A DNA stretch of 48,221 nucleotides, from the IMG/VR virus record IMGVR_UViG_3300031519_007785, positions 1 through 48,221 of that record. One strand, given 5' to 3'. How positions within the stretch are numbered: the stretch's first letter is position 1; each line of letters begins with the position of its first letter. The notes below the pieces were generated by a model, which worked only from the letters and a program-made list of their open reading frames with translations, had not been told where the DNA came from and ran no database searches. This document shows positions 26,769 to 36,164 of the stretch, in pieces. The position numbers and the translations under genes were made by a program. This stretch comes from a virus (lineage: Duplodnaviria; Caudoviricetes).

Positions 26769-27887
26769 TTATTTCTCTTCTTTAATTGTTTCTGTTTTTT
26801 TAGCTTTTGCTTTAGGCTTTACTTCAGCTTCAACAGGTACCTCTACAACTTCCTTATCAGCAAAGTTTGTATCCTCTTTGAAGTCTGCCATTAGCATATC
26901 TAATTTATCACCGATCCACTGTTTCCTAAAGTCAATATGTTCTTTACCTGCTTTATCAATGTATTTCAATCTGTTTCCGGTCTGTACTAGTACGCCTTTC
27001 TTTTCAAATAGGTCCACTAGTCCACTATATGGATTCATTCCTGTTTCGTATGGAATCTTAACCTGTACTGATTCAAAAGGTTTAGAGTATCTTGTTTTCA
27101 TGACTTTACAAGCGGCTCTTATACCTCTTACATCCGTAACCTTATTACCGTCTAGATCTTCTTTTAATTTCAGTTTCTTCATTGCGATAACAATTGAACT
27201 TGCATAGATAAAGCCTTGTCCACCTGATATCTTGTCATCTGGATCAAACATATCTTGTGATGCATAAGTGTGATTGGTTGCTATAAGCCCCACGTTCCAC
27301 GAACCAAACATGTTAACACAGTTTCTTACAAGTGCTGTTAATGCCTTGGGTTTTCTACCTAGGTCACCTTTCATGTCACCTGCTTCGAACTGATTAACGT
27401 CAGTTGGTGTAAGCATCATACCCAAACTGTCTATAACGAATAGTACTTTAGGTGCACCTTCTTTGTCCTCTGAGTGTGCTTCTTTGTAACCTTTCATGAA
27501 CTCTGAAATAGTTTTAGCTACATCATCGATCATGGATATGCTTAATTTTAAAAGTTTATCTTCAGATGTGTCCACTTTCAGTGCTTGTAACCATTTTTCA
27601 TCTAGTGCATTCTCTGTGTCGATCAGTATAACAAAGATGCCTTGATCCTGTGCATTCTTGATAATGTTTCCTGATGCTATGTAACTCTTACCTGCTCCAG
27701 ATTCACCTGCAAGTACTGTTACTTTTCCTAATGGAATTCCTTTGTTGAAATCACCAGTCATCAAATAGTTCAATGCATAATTTCCTGTGCTGATCCAATC
27801 TGTGGGATCGCTAAATCCAATACCTAAACCTTGTATTGATTTTGTAATACTCTTTCTAAACTTTGTTGCGTCAAATACTTTTGTCAT
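26769..27887 (-). CDS. uvsX: RecA-like recombinase UvsX; start revised to ATG 27887
   Basis: ISTG...LN, Walker A GESGAGKS, DTENA, VIDSLG, TNHTY, SGG.G..YASS, K.R; SD AAGGA upstream. Confidence 0.92.
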   Translation of the reverse strand: MTKVFDATKFRKSITKSIQGLGIGFSDPTDWISTGNYALNYLMTGDFNKGIPLGKVTVLAGESGAGKSYIASGNIIKNAQDQGIFVILIDTENALDEKWLQALKVDTSEDKLLKLSISMIDDVAKTISEFMKGYKEAHSEDKEGAPKVLFVIDSLGMMLTPTDVNQFEAGDMKGDLGRKPKALTALVRNCVNMFGSWNVGLIATNHTYASQDMFDPDDKISGGQGFIYASSIVIAMKKLKLKEDLDGNKVTDVRGIRAACKVMKTRYSKPFESVQVKIPYETGMNPYSGLVDLFEKKGVLVQTGNRLKYIDKAGKEHIDFRKQWIGDKLDMLMADFKEDTNFADKEVVEVPVEAEVKPKAKAKKTETIKEEK

Positions 27888-27909
27888 AATTTTGTCCTTT
27901 GTATATCCT

Positions 27910-27953
27910 ATATTAGCATACCTAGGCCCTAACGTCAATATCAGGGCCTTGGT
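27910..27953 (-). promoter_or_regulatory. Sigma70-type promoter for uvsX embedded in an inverted repeat
   Basis: Minus strand TTGACG-17 nt-TAATAT with extended TG; hairpin ACCaAGGCCCTGAT-attgac-GTTAGGGCCTaGGT at 27920-27953. Confidence 0.55.
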
Positions 27954-27964
27954 AAAATGTCAGA

Positions 27965-28960
27965 TTATTTTGCTTGTCTTGATCTAATAAGTTTCAAGAT
28001 GTCTTCTGCTCTCTTGGCACTATCACCCGCTGGAGCCGCCGTTGCTGGAGCCGCCTCAGGTTGTGATGCTGGTGCAGTTGCAGTCACTGGTGCACTTACT
28101 GGTGCCGCTTCAGTTACTGGTGTTGCCGCCGGAGCCGATGCAGTCGGTACATGTACCTGTGGTTTACCTTGGTAAGCCATCCCTGCAGGTCTGAAGTACT
28201 GTCCATACTGCTCAAGATCATAAGCCTCACCTTCTACAGATTTCGCAAATAGTTCTGCGATTACTTTAACTTCTGCTTCTGTTGGCTCTTTTGGTCTGAA
28301 GTCACCTAGGTTGTGTAAACCATGTGTTTCGATTGCGGCTCTCTCTGCCTCATCTAATGCACGTTCTCTTCTTGACCATTTTGATGTTGAGTAATCAGCA
28401 TAACCACCTTTAGTAGTTTTATTGATTCTAAAGTCAACACCTTTTACATAATCAGTAGGCATTTCTTCCATCTCTGGATCCATCAATGCTCCTCTAATGA
28501 TGTTAAAGATTTGAGGTCCAATAATAAATCTTCTAACTGGATTCTCAGGTGTTGAATCTTCTGCTAATGGATTCGTTGTAACAAAACCTTGGAAAATGTA
28601 ACTTTTCTTTTTCCAATATTTTCTGCCCATATCTTCCATGCTCTTGTCTTTGAACCATGGTCTAACTTCTGTTAGTACTGGACAAGTCTTGCCGTACATC
28701 TCCATACACGGTACTTGTACCTGCACTGGTCTAGAATCAGTCTGACCTTTAATACCTGCGAAAGGTAATTTGATCATGTTTCTTTCAGTCCAGAAAAATG
28801 TATTGTTTGTATCCTTATCGGGTAAGAATCTAACTACTGCTTCTGATCCTTCTGCTATATTCCAATGTGGATAGATGGCGTTGTCTCCGCCTGTGTTGGA
28901 AGTGGAGCGATTCACTTCTTGAGATTTTAACTTCGCTCTTATTTCAGCTAATGATGCCAT
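27965..28960 (-). CDS. gp32: Single-stranded DNA-binding protein (T4 gp32-like)
   Basis: AVVRFLP, C....G..CPV, G.DF...K..KGGYADY..SKW, Ala/Pro-rich tail; SD AAGGAGG; directly upstream of uvsX. Confidence 0.85.
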   Translation of the reverse strand: MASLAEIRAKLKSQEVNRSTSNTGGDNAIYPHWNIAEGSEAVVRFLPDKDTNNTFFWTERNMIKLPFAGIKGQTDSRPVQVQVPCMEMYGKTCPVLTEVRPWFKDKSMEDMGRKYWKKKSYIFQGFVTTNPLAEDSTPENPVRRFIIGPQIFNIIRGALMDPEMEEMPTDYVKGVDFRINKTTKGGYADYSTSKWSRRERALDEAERAAIETHGLHNLGDFRPKEPTEAEVKVIAELFAKSVEGEAYDLEQYGQYFRPAGMAYQGKPQVHVPTASAPAATPVTEAAPVSAPVTATAPASQPEAAPATAAPAGDSAKRAEDILKLIRSRQAK

Positions 28961-29092
28961 AATGTAAGCCTCCTTGTGTGCCTATGTTTGTTTTAGTTTG
29001 CCTAAGTGTATATTAGACATATAGTACTTAATATACAACTATATTTATCAGTTGTCTACTACTATTATTGGTAATGTGGTTCTAATGATATA

Positions 29093-29650
29093 TTAGTCAT
29101 TTTTAACCATTATGTAATCATGTCCAACTACATCCACTATTTCATAACCTAATTCTTTTAAATAATTTAAAGCCTCATCTTTTACACCTTTTTTCCAGAT
29201 TTCAGCTGAACCATTTTCTTCAACAGTAATTGTTGGATAATACTTTTTAATTGTGTTTTCAGCACCCTTTAGTACTTTTAATTCATGTCCTTCAACATCA
29301 ACTTTAATGTAATCTACATCTTCAAAATTGAAACTATCTAGAGTTTTTTGTTCGATAATTTTTCCTTTAATACCTTCTCTGTGTTTTGTTATGACACCAT
29401 TAAATGCCTTTACAAGTTTTCTGACGTCTCCTAATGCACAATTAAAATATTTTAAATTTTTAGGTTTGGTTTGAGGTTTGTTCCATTTCCCCGGTCTATA
29501 ATCAAATGATCTTACTTTTTGAAAATCCTTTGACATGGGAATACTAAAATGACCATCTCTACAACCAACATCAATGGAAGTTCTAAAATTTTTAATATAG
29601 GGTTTAGCTTTATTGTAAACCGCAAGGGCAAGTTTAAGATTTTCATACAT
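29093..29650 (-). CDS. FkbM-family methyltransferase (isolated, AT-rich)
   Basis: IDVGCRDG, ALGD, TLDSF, YIKVDVEGHELKVLKGA; TAAATA (29657-29662) 6 nt before the ATG. Confidence 0.82.
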   Translation of the reverse strand: MYENLKLALAVYNKAKPYIKNFRTSIDVGCRDGHFSIPMSKDFQKVRSFDYRPGKWNKPQTKPKNLKYFNCALGDVRKLVKAFNGVITKHREGIKGKIIEQKTLDSFNFEDVDYIKVDVEGHELKVLKGAENTIKKYYPTITVEENGSAEIWKKGVKDEALNYLKELGYEIVDVVGHDYIMVKND

Positions 29651-29686
29651 GTATGATATTTAAACTTACAAAGGTATTGTAGGAAC

Positions 29687-31621
29687 TTATGATATGTTAG
29701 CCAGCGTTTTTATTCTGTCTAGTTCTGTGTTGATCTCTTCTGCTTCTTCTTGGGCATCTGCAGATGGTTGTGCTTCTGCTTCCTCGTCTTCTTCTGAGAA
29801 AAATTCTTCAAGTTGTAGTCCTGCCATCTCAATGGCATCTTTTAGGGCGTATTCTTGGTCGCCTACTTTGAACTTGTCGCCTGCCTTCATGCCTGCCGCT
29901 TTTGCTTTTCTTACTGCGTTTGCAAATTCATTTCCTTCTGCCGCAACTGGCTCTTTTGTCATTAATTCTTTTTGACGACTCTTAATTGCTTCGATGCTTT
30001 CCGGGTCTTTAAGTTTTGGATTTTTCTCTAGGTCGGCTAGTGCATCTAATTTTTCTTGTCTGTCTTTTTCGTCTCTGGGTGCCGTCGCATATTCATTCAC
30101 TGTTTCATCAACCCATGACTCAAATGCTTCGGTTTCTTTTGCTTTACCTTTGATGTCTTTCTTAGGACTGAAATCTGCTGGATCCATTCTCACTTGATCT
30201 GTGTAACCTGGTTCAGACTGCATTTTCTTGTAGTCGTCAATGTATCTTTTAGCCAACTGCACTGCGATCTTTTTATTTTTGATGTAGTCTGGTGTAGCTT
30301 TGAATGTTGCTGAATTCTCTTGTTCCATCTCATCTGCAACTCTTGAAGCAAAGTTTGCCACCCTATCTTCCTCACCTGATTTAGTCAGAAGCCTACTTGC
30401 TATGTCTGATAGTATAGAACTTAACATTGTGTTCTTGTTTGTGAATTTTGTAACTCTTAACATCTTGTCCGCTGTGTCGTCTTTTCTTAACACTAATTTT
30501 TGAGCTGGATCATTCAAGAAACTCTGTACAACTGCACCGTGATCAACTGGTGCTTGTATAGGTGCGTCAATTGGCTCATCACCTGGATCTAATTCATTAA
30601 CTTGTGCCTCTTCATTGGGTGCTTCTAGTTCACTCATTATTTTGTTTATTATCGGTAGTGCATCTTCAACTCTGCTGTCTAGGTTAGTCATTGTGAACTT
30701 CTCTCTCATTTTGTTTACAGTTTCATCGTCTAATATTTGTTCTTCTGCTGTTTTGAAATCTTTACTTGCGTTTTCGTAGTGTTTTTGGTTTGAAAGGTTC
30801 TTCATGTAACCTCTTAGGTTTTCTAGTTTCAATTTGGTCTGTTCGATGATGTCGCCAGCACTATCATTTAACTGATCTTTGTTGGTAACGTATCTTGAGA
30901 ATGAATTTAATTTGGCTATGTCCTCTGATGTTGAAACAATGTGCTGTCCAAATTCATCATGCGGTCTTCCACCATTTGAAACGTGTCTCACCATGGCTCT
31001 CGCTCCTGCTAGGTGTGTCATTGGATATTTGAATCTCTCACCATCTTCGTTCTCGATGTATAGTGATTGTATCTGTCTTGATCTTGCACCTGGCACAGTC
31101 TCGTCAACTTTGCCTTTGTGTCTGATTATTAATTTTGTTTTTTCTAGGTTCTCGTATGAACGTTTTGCTGTTCCTGTTAGGCCTTCAGTAACGCCTGCTA
31201 ATTTTGTGATTCTTGCTAGTTCTTCTGACATTTCATCAGTATTTACCGTTTTGTTCGTATCTGCAAGATTTTCATAATCCTGCTTCGTTAGGTTATTTTT
31301 AGTGATATCTCTTACATCAAATCTTAGTTGATGCTCCACTGAGAAGTCTTTCAACTCCTTAAGGAAAGCGTACCATTCGTCCCTGCTATCTTCGTCGATC
31401 TTGCTTACTAGATCTCTGTTGTAGTACACCTTCATGTTCTCACCATCCGCTAAACTAATGCTTACAGAACCAAATGTGTCTGCGTCCTCTTGGAATTCAA
31501 ATTCAAAAAATACTGCACTATTTGGATCGGCTGTAGCGGCACCATTTTGATCTCCTAATCTGATGTTTGAGAACTTTGATCTTATCTTGTTGAATAAATC
31601 TTGCGAATTTTTAGGGTTCAT
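29687..31621 (-). CDS. Hypothetical acidic protein (644 aa), probable internal head/prohead-core protein
   Basis: TAAATA (31628-31633) 6 nt before the ATG; adjacent to terminase; repeated ELxRIxxLA motif and many (V/A)xE sites. Confidence 0.6.
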   Translation of the reverse strand: MNPKNSQDLFNKIRSKFSNIRLGDQNGAATADPNSAVFFEFEFQEDADTFGSVSISLADGENMKVYYNRDLVSKIDEDSRDEWYAFLKELKDFSVEHQLRFDVRDITKNNLTKQDYENLADTNKTVNTDEMSEELARITKLAGVTEGLTGTAKRSYENLEKTKLIIRHKGKVDETVPGARSRQIQSLYIENEDGERFKYPMTHLAGARAMVRHVSNGGRPHDEFGQHIVSTSEDIAKLNSFSRYVTNKDQLNDSAGDIIEQTKLKLENLRGYMKNLSNQKHYENASKDFKTAEEQILDDETVNKMREKFTMTNLDSRVEDALPIINKIMSELEAPNEEAQVNELDPGDEPIDAPIQAPVDHGAVVQSFLNDPAQKLVLRKDDTADKMLRVTKFTNKNTMLSSILSDIASRLLTKSGEEDRVANFASRVADEMEQENSATFKATPDYIKNKKIAVQLAKRYIDDYKKMQSEPGYTDQVRMDPADFSPKKDIKGKAKETEAFESWVDETVNEYATAPRDEKDRQEKLDALADLEKNPKLKDPESIEAIKSRQKELMTKEPVAAEGNEFANAVRKAKAAGMKAGDKFKVGDQEYALKDAIEMAGLQLEEFFSEEDEEAEAQPSADAQEEAEEINTELDRIKTLANIS

Positions 31622-31633
31622 ATAGTGTATTTA

Positions 31634-33226
31634 TTATCCTGTGAACGATCCAAATATAGGCATTGGTGCTAATTCCGATGTTCTATCCGTCCATTTTTCA
31701 AATATTTTAGGGTCAAAATCTGCCAATGTTTTTATCATACGTGTCATTAACAAACAAGCACTGACTAGATCGTCATGCTGACCTGGTTTTGCATTGTAGC
31801 TCATCCCTGATGCAACAAAGTCTTTCAGTTCCGATATTAACAGTTGGGAGTTGAGCTTCATTTTGTCATTCTCCACGAGCTCTTTAAATTTAGTACATGC
31901 ATCTATTTTGTGTTTAGCAGTGGTGTTGAACCCTCTTCTGAACTTACGTCTGTGTCCTTTTCTGATTGGTTCTGACAGGAACATGCCTGGTATGTTTTCC
32001 TCACCTATGTCCATTACCCTTAACAGTGCCGCTTCTCCTATTGAGTTGTTTTCCATTGAGTAGAATATTTGTGGACTTGCTGTTTGATCTTTTTCCATTA
32101 TTGCATCGTGAATATGTTTATTAATTTGTTGTAAAATTCTAACCTGATGATTCATTGGTGTTGTGTTGTGATGCCATTCTGCTACTTGTTCAAAACTAGG
32201 AAGTTCAAAAACTTGTATTGCGGCGTAGTCACCACCTGTTCCCATAGCAGGATCTAAACTTGTTAGATATGTGTTTCCGGGTGTGGGCCTTTTGAACCAA
32301 CGTACCTGTCCTGTTGTTTCTACAGGAGTAACACCTTCCATGTCTATTAGGTGTGTACTGCTGATCAGTGTTTCATCATAGATTAAGAATTCACATTCAT
32401 GTTCCCTTCTGAATCTTTCACTACCGATCCTGGCTTTCTCAGCATCTGCCCATACTTGATCCCTGTCCGGGTGTTCTGACCAGTGTGCCTTCATGGCATA
32501 GAATCCGTTAGTTCCTACTTCCTTGTCATTGCCGTACTCGTCAAATCTCTTGTTAGCTTCTTTCCAGATCAATGCAAACTGATCTTCATCCGAGTTGGGA
32601 GTCGAAGTAATCATACACTTACCACCTGTACTCAATGTAGGGGATAGTGATGTCCAAAACTCTTTGGCTTTCTCTGGTGGTTGCACGAATGCAAACTCAT
32701 CACAATATACTAGCGTAAGTGACATACCCCGTCCTGTGTTCTCAGTTGTTGTGGTTGCTGATATCTTTGAACCGTTGTCAAATTCTATACTGTTCCTGTT
32801 GTACTGTGTTACACCTGCTTTGATCCATGCTGGCAACATCTCATAAGCATAACGCACCCTTGACATAATGTCTGATGCACCTGCGTATTTGTGTGCCGCA
32901 ATTAGTATCTGTGAATCTGGTCTGAACATGGCATACCAAATAAGGAATCCTGAGGCACATGTGGTCTTGCCGGTCTGTCTAGGTAGCATGGCTATTGAGA
33001 ATCTGTGATCGTTATAACTTGCAATTAATCTCTCTTGGTAAGGAAATGGTACAAATGGTATAGAACCTTTGACAGGATGTTGTATCTTCATGAAAGTCTT
33101 CATAAAGAATAAAGGACCATCTTTTTGATCCATGCACTGCTCGAGCTGTTCTACCTGAGTTTTAGTGTATTTGTGTTTCTTGTGCGCCTTTTTAATTTGG
33201 TCGCTGTCTAGTGATACATACGCCAT
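31634..33226 (-). CDS. gp17: Terminase large subunit (T4 gp17-like)
   Basis: F...PYQ, Walker A PRQTGKTT, Walker B YCDEFAF, ITSTPN, nuclease motifs LDPAMG.GGDY and HDDLV; TAAATA (33234-33239) 7 nt before the ATG. Confidence 0.95.
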   Translation of the reverse strand: MAYVSLDSDQIKKAHKKHKYTKTQVEQLEQCMDQKDGPLFFMKTFMKIQHPVKGSIPFVPFPYQERLIASYNDHRFSIAMLPRQTGKTTCASGFLIWYAMFRPDSQILIAAHKYAGASDIMSRVRYAYEMLPAWIKAGVTQYNRNSIEFDNGSKISATTTTENTGRGMSLTLVYCDEFAFVQPPEKAKEFWTSLSPTLSTGGKCMITSTPNSDEDQFALIWKEANKRFDEYGNDKEVGTNGFYAMKAHWSEHPDRDQVWADAEKARIGSERFRREHECEFLIYDETLISSTHLIDMEGVTPVETTGQVRWFKRPTPGNTYLTSLDPAMGTGGDYAAIQVFELPSFEQVAEWHHNTTPMNHQVRILQQINKHIHDAIMEKDQTASPQIFYSMENNSIGEAALLRVMDIGEENIPGMFLSEPIRKGHRRKFRRGFNTTAKHKIDACTKFKELVENDKMKLNSQLLISELKDFVASGMSYNAKPGQHDDLVSACLLMTRMIKTLADFDPKIFEKWTDRTSELAPMPIFGSFTG

Positions 33227-33265
33227 GATGTAGTATTTAACGCTGTTTAGGTACTTGGAAAAGTA

Positions 33266-34162
33266 TTACTTTGCTTCTTTATCTTTGATAGCTTTCTTCA
33301 TTGGCTCGGTTTTGTTGCCATCTTTGTCCATGTCTAAGAAGTCAGGTTTCGGTGCTTCGTCCATCTTTGCTTTTTTATGGTATGCTTCTTTGAAACCTTC
33401 ATACTGTGATCTAAGACTGTTTGCCAAATCTTCTTCAGTTACAGTGTCTTCCACTGCCATGGCATTGTCACCATCTTGTGCTTTTGCGTATTGATTCTTT
33501 TTCCTGTTTAAACCACCTGACATGGTGTTAACCAATGTGTCTGTGTCTTGTACTTTTTCTTCTGGTTCGTTAGCGAATGTTTCTTCTGCTTGTTCTTCTT
33601 GTGGAGCAGTCATCATGTCTCTCATTCTGCCCATTTCCTGAGAACCCATAGAATCGTCACCGTCATGTCCACAACTGTGTCCTGGCATACCGTGTGCTGG
33701 GTTTTCGTCAGCTTCTGGTTCTTGTCCTGCTTCTGGTTCTTGGCTCATCATAGCTTGGTCGACTTGTTGAAGTCCTGCTAGTTTTAAAATTTGCATCATC
33801 ATAGATGCTTCTTGTGGAGAGTCAGTTGAAATCTGTACTGCTTCTTTTACAGTTTCTTTTTTCTCTTCTTTGCCTGCTTTTTTATCTTGATATGCTTTTA
33901 AGCCTGCTGGTATTTTGCCTTCTGTGGCTTCTTCGGTACCGTTTATACTGTCCCAGAATCCTGCTAAACTCTCACCGTGCTTTTTGATGAATTCTTCTTT
34001 AGACATTTTTTCTGCTTCGTCATGCAAGTAATCTTTCATGCCACCTTCTGCAACTTCTTGTTTAGGATTAGTTCTCTGAACATTGTCAACAGCATCTGCA
34101 ACTAACTCTGGTTTAGTCTCTGCAATTTCTCTTAATTTTTGTAATACGTCGATCATTTCCAT
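33266..34162 (-). CDS. Hypothetical acidic protein, probable prohead core/internal protein
   Basis: Low-complexity E/Q/D/K-rich sequence, QILKLAGL, C-terminal DFLDMDKDGNKTE (DxDxDG); SD AAGGA. Confidence 0.6.
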   Translation of the reverse strand: MEMIDVLQKLREIAETKPELVADAVDNVQRTNPKQEVAEGGMKDYLHDEAEKMSKEEFIKKHGESLAGFWDSINGTEEATEGKIPAGLKAYQDKKAGKEEKKETVKEAVQISTDSPQEASMMMQILKLAGLQQVDQAMMSQEPEAGQEPEADENPAHGMPGHSCGHDGDDSMGSQEMGRMRDMMTAPQEEQAEETFANEPEEKVQDTDTLVNTMSGGLNRKKNQYAKAQDGDNAMAVEDTVTEEDLANSLRSQYEGFKEAYHKKAKMDEAPKPDFLDMDKDGNKTEPMKKAIKDKEAK

Positions 34163-34174
34163 AACTTATTTCCT

Positions 34175-34798
34175 TTATTGTTTAAAACCTTGTAGTGTTG
34201 CTGGATGTGGATTTCCTTTGACTGGTCCTGGTCCGGTGTTTATTGGTGATTTGCTTGTTTTGTCTCCCTCATTCGGCATCATGTTTGCTTTTTCCTTAGG
34301 GGCGTCTTTGTTTTCTTGTCTATCTTTTAATAATTCTCTCATCAAACTCATGTTGTACTTGTCACCTGTAACTTCTTCTGAGTTTACTTTAGGTGCGTCC
34401 TTGTACTCGATGTCGTGCAGTTTGTTTGCATATTCTGATTTCTTTGCAACCTGCATGTCGTCTTGATATTCTTCTGTAGGTTCGCCTGGCTTTCTAACAA
34501 CCATGTGCGTTGATGGTATCCTTAATATGTCTGAAAGATATTCGTGCATTACTTTTTGCGATACTGGATAATTCGTTGTAACGTCAAAGATTGTCACTGA
34601 CTCATTGCTTAACATAGGAAAATCAAGTGGTAGTGTCATGATTGGTGTAGTCTTACCTGCTGACATACTGGCAAGATCAAATTTTTGTAGTGCTGTTTCT
34701 AACGCATTCTTGTCGATGTCTTTAGATGCACCAGCGATCTTTATTTTGTAGTCATACGACTTTGCTGATTCTGTTAGGTAGTCTTTAAATGTGCTCAT
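34175..34798 (-). CDS. Hypothetical protein with a T4-like capsid-targeting N-terminus; start revised to 34798
   Basis: MSTFKDYLTE-SAK resembles the T4 internal-protein CTS MKTYQEFIAE; TAAATA (34805-34810) 6 nt before the ATG. Confidence 0.6.
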   Translation of the reverse strand: MSTFKDYLTESAKSYDYKIKIAGASKDIDKNALETALQKFDLASMSAGKTTPIMTLPLDFPMLSNESVTIFDVTTNYPVSQKVMHEYLSDILRIPSTHMVVRKPGEPTEEYQDDMQVAKKSEYANKLHDIEYKDAPKVNSEEVTGDKYNMSLMRELLKDRQENKDAPKEKANMMPNEGDKTSKSPINTGPGPVKGNPHPATLQGFKQ

Positions 34799-34807
34799 AT
34801 GCAATAT

Positions 34808-35338
34808 TTAGTCTTTTTTAAGTAGTTTCTTCATTAATTCATTGCGATCAGATATGACGAAACCGTCGCTTTCTTCTATCGGACCACCGTCCTTATTGCC
34901 GTCCTTGTCCAGCTTCAACTTCTTGAGTTGTAGCTCTACCATCTTTAGCTTCTTGTCTATTTTGGAGCTTTTAGCATCTATGGCGTTCTTGAGGAAGTTA
35001 CTTGCGACCTCGAATATACGTCCTGAATAACGTGAGTCTACGTTCATGCCCAGGTCCATTAGATTCTTATAGCTCTCTTCTGCCTCTATGGCTAACTTGT
35101 CCATTTCTAGATCGGACATTTCTCCCAATCCTTTTACCTGTGGCAGTGATGCCGCGATCTTGTCAAACTCTGCATAGCTCTTTTGTAGATTTGCTTGTGT
35201 CTTTGGATCTAGGTTCTTGGTGCTAGGATTCCCTTGTCCAGCGTCCTTTAATTTCTTATCTTTTTCCTTTTTGTCTACCTCTTTGAATGCTTCTTTCACA
35301 TTTGGTAAATTGAGGATGTCTTCTAGTTTCTTTGTCAT
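34808..35338 (-). CDS. Probable terminase small subunit (gp16-like)
   Basis: 176-aa helical protein; RIFEVASNFLKNA....K...LQ.KK and C-terminal FVISDRNELMK.L resemble the gp16 R.YEV...L and FVGS..EL pattern. Confidence 0.5.
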   Translation of the reverse strand: MTKKLEDILNLPNVKEAFKEVDKKEKDKKLKDAGQGNPSTKNLDPKTQANLQKSYAEFDKIAASLPQVKGLGEMSDLEMDKLAIEAEESYKNLMDLGMNVDSRYSGRIFEVASNFLKNAIDAKSSKIDKKLKMVELQLKKLKLDKDGNKDGGPIEESDGFVISDRNELMKKLLKKD

Positions 35339-35346
35339 TGTTGTGT

Positions 35347-35787
35347 TTACTTACGTTTGCCATTATGGAACAACTGTTCTTCTGATACAACTCTAAACTT
35401 GATCCTTCTTTGTTTAGCGTAGGCATTTGCGGCCTCCCACTTAGCCATGTTTATCACGACCTGTTTCTTCTTGGCAATACTCTTGCCCGCGGCCTCCATT
35501 GTGGTCTGACTCATGGGTTTTACTTCTACCATCTCAGCGTGTTTCTTCCCTTCCTTGTCTTGGTAAACTATAAAGAAGTCTGGGACATAAATCGTGTGCT
35601 TGCCTGTGAAAGGATGTCTGTATGGTATCTTTATACTTTCACTAGCCCATTGGTAAACGTTAGGATGTTCGTCGCATAATCTCATAAAAGCATGTTCCCA
35701 ACTTGACCTGTATGTTGGTGTCTTGGTGCCCACATATTTGTCACCATTCTTGGGAGAGAATTTTCCTCTTGCGAATCTAGGTAGCAT
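35347..35787 (-). CDS. gp4: Head completion nuclease (T4 gp4-like, TnsA/PD-(D/E)xK fold)
   Basis: GKF.P.N..KY.G, YRSSWE, WASE...IPY, YVPDF, EVKP, N.AKWEAA. Confidence 0.88.
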   Translation of the reverse strand: MLPRFARGKFSPKNGDKYVGTKTPTYRSSWEHAFMRLCDEHPNVYQWASESIKIPYRHPFTGKHTIYVPDFFIVYQDKEGKKHAEMVEVKPMSQTTMEAAGKSIAKKKQVVINMAKWEAANAYAKQRRIKFRVVSEEQLFHNGKRK

Positions 35788-36164
35788 TAGTCTATGATGT
35801 TTCTTGATACCGTCTCTTTAGCGGTCAGCGTTTTCCTTACACCCAGCCTACTTGACTTGTACCTGTTGGCGTTTAAAATTATAGTGATCAACTCAGACAA
35901 AAGTGCCGGTGTGGCGTAGGTCAATTGATCCAGAATCTGTTGTGGTTTGATGTTATCGATCTTGGCCTGTGATAGTATCGCATAGGCAGTGGATTCTGCG
36001 GCTGTCCTTGTGAAGTTACGTTTAACAAAAAATGCTACAGTGCTGTCGTACTCACCTACGTTGAATTGGTATTCAGTTTGATAATCAGATGTGGTAAGTT
36101 TCTCGATAGTTTTATCAAGCTCGTCTTTCTGTTTGGGCGGTAAGTTTGTGTAAAATTCAGCCAT
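35787..36164 (-). CDS. Hypothetical protein (125 aa)
   Basis: TAATG coupling at both ends within the morphogenesis operon. Confidence 0.7.
   Translation of the reverse strand: MAEFYTNLPPKQKDELDKTIEKLTTSDYQTEYQFNVGEYDSTVAFFVKRNFTRTAAESTAYAILSQAKIDNIKPQQILDQLTYATPALLSELITIILNANRYKSSRLGVRKTLTAKETVSRNIID

Noticed and set aside
28961-29092. Possible tRNA or structured ncRNA in the largest intergenic gap
   Set aside because: No cloverleaf or T-loop motif was seen; the region is explained as the ssb promoter and leader.
35347-35787. TnsA-like nuclease as evidence for a Tn7-like transposon
   Set aside because: Motifs and context match the T4 gp4 head-completion protein; no tnsB/tnsC or transposon ends are present.
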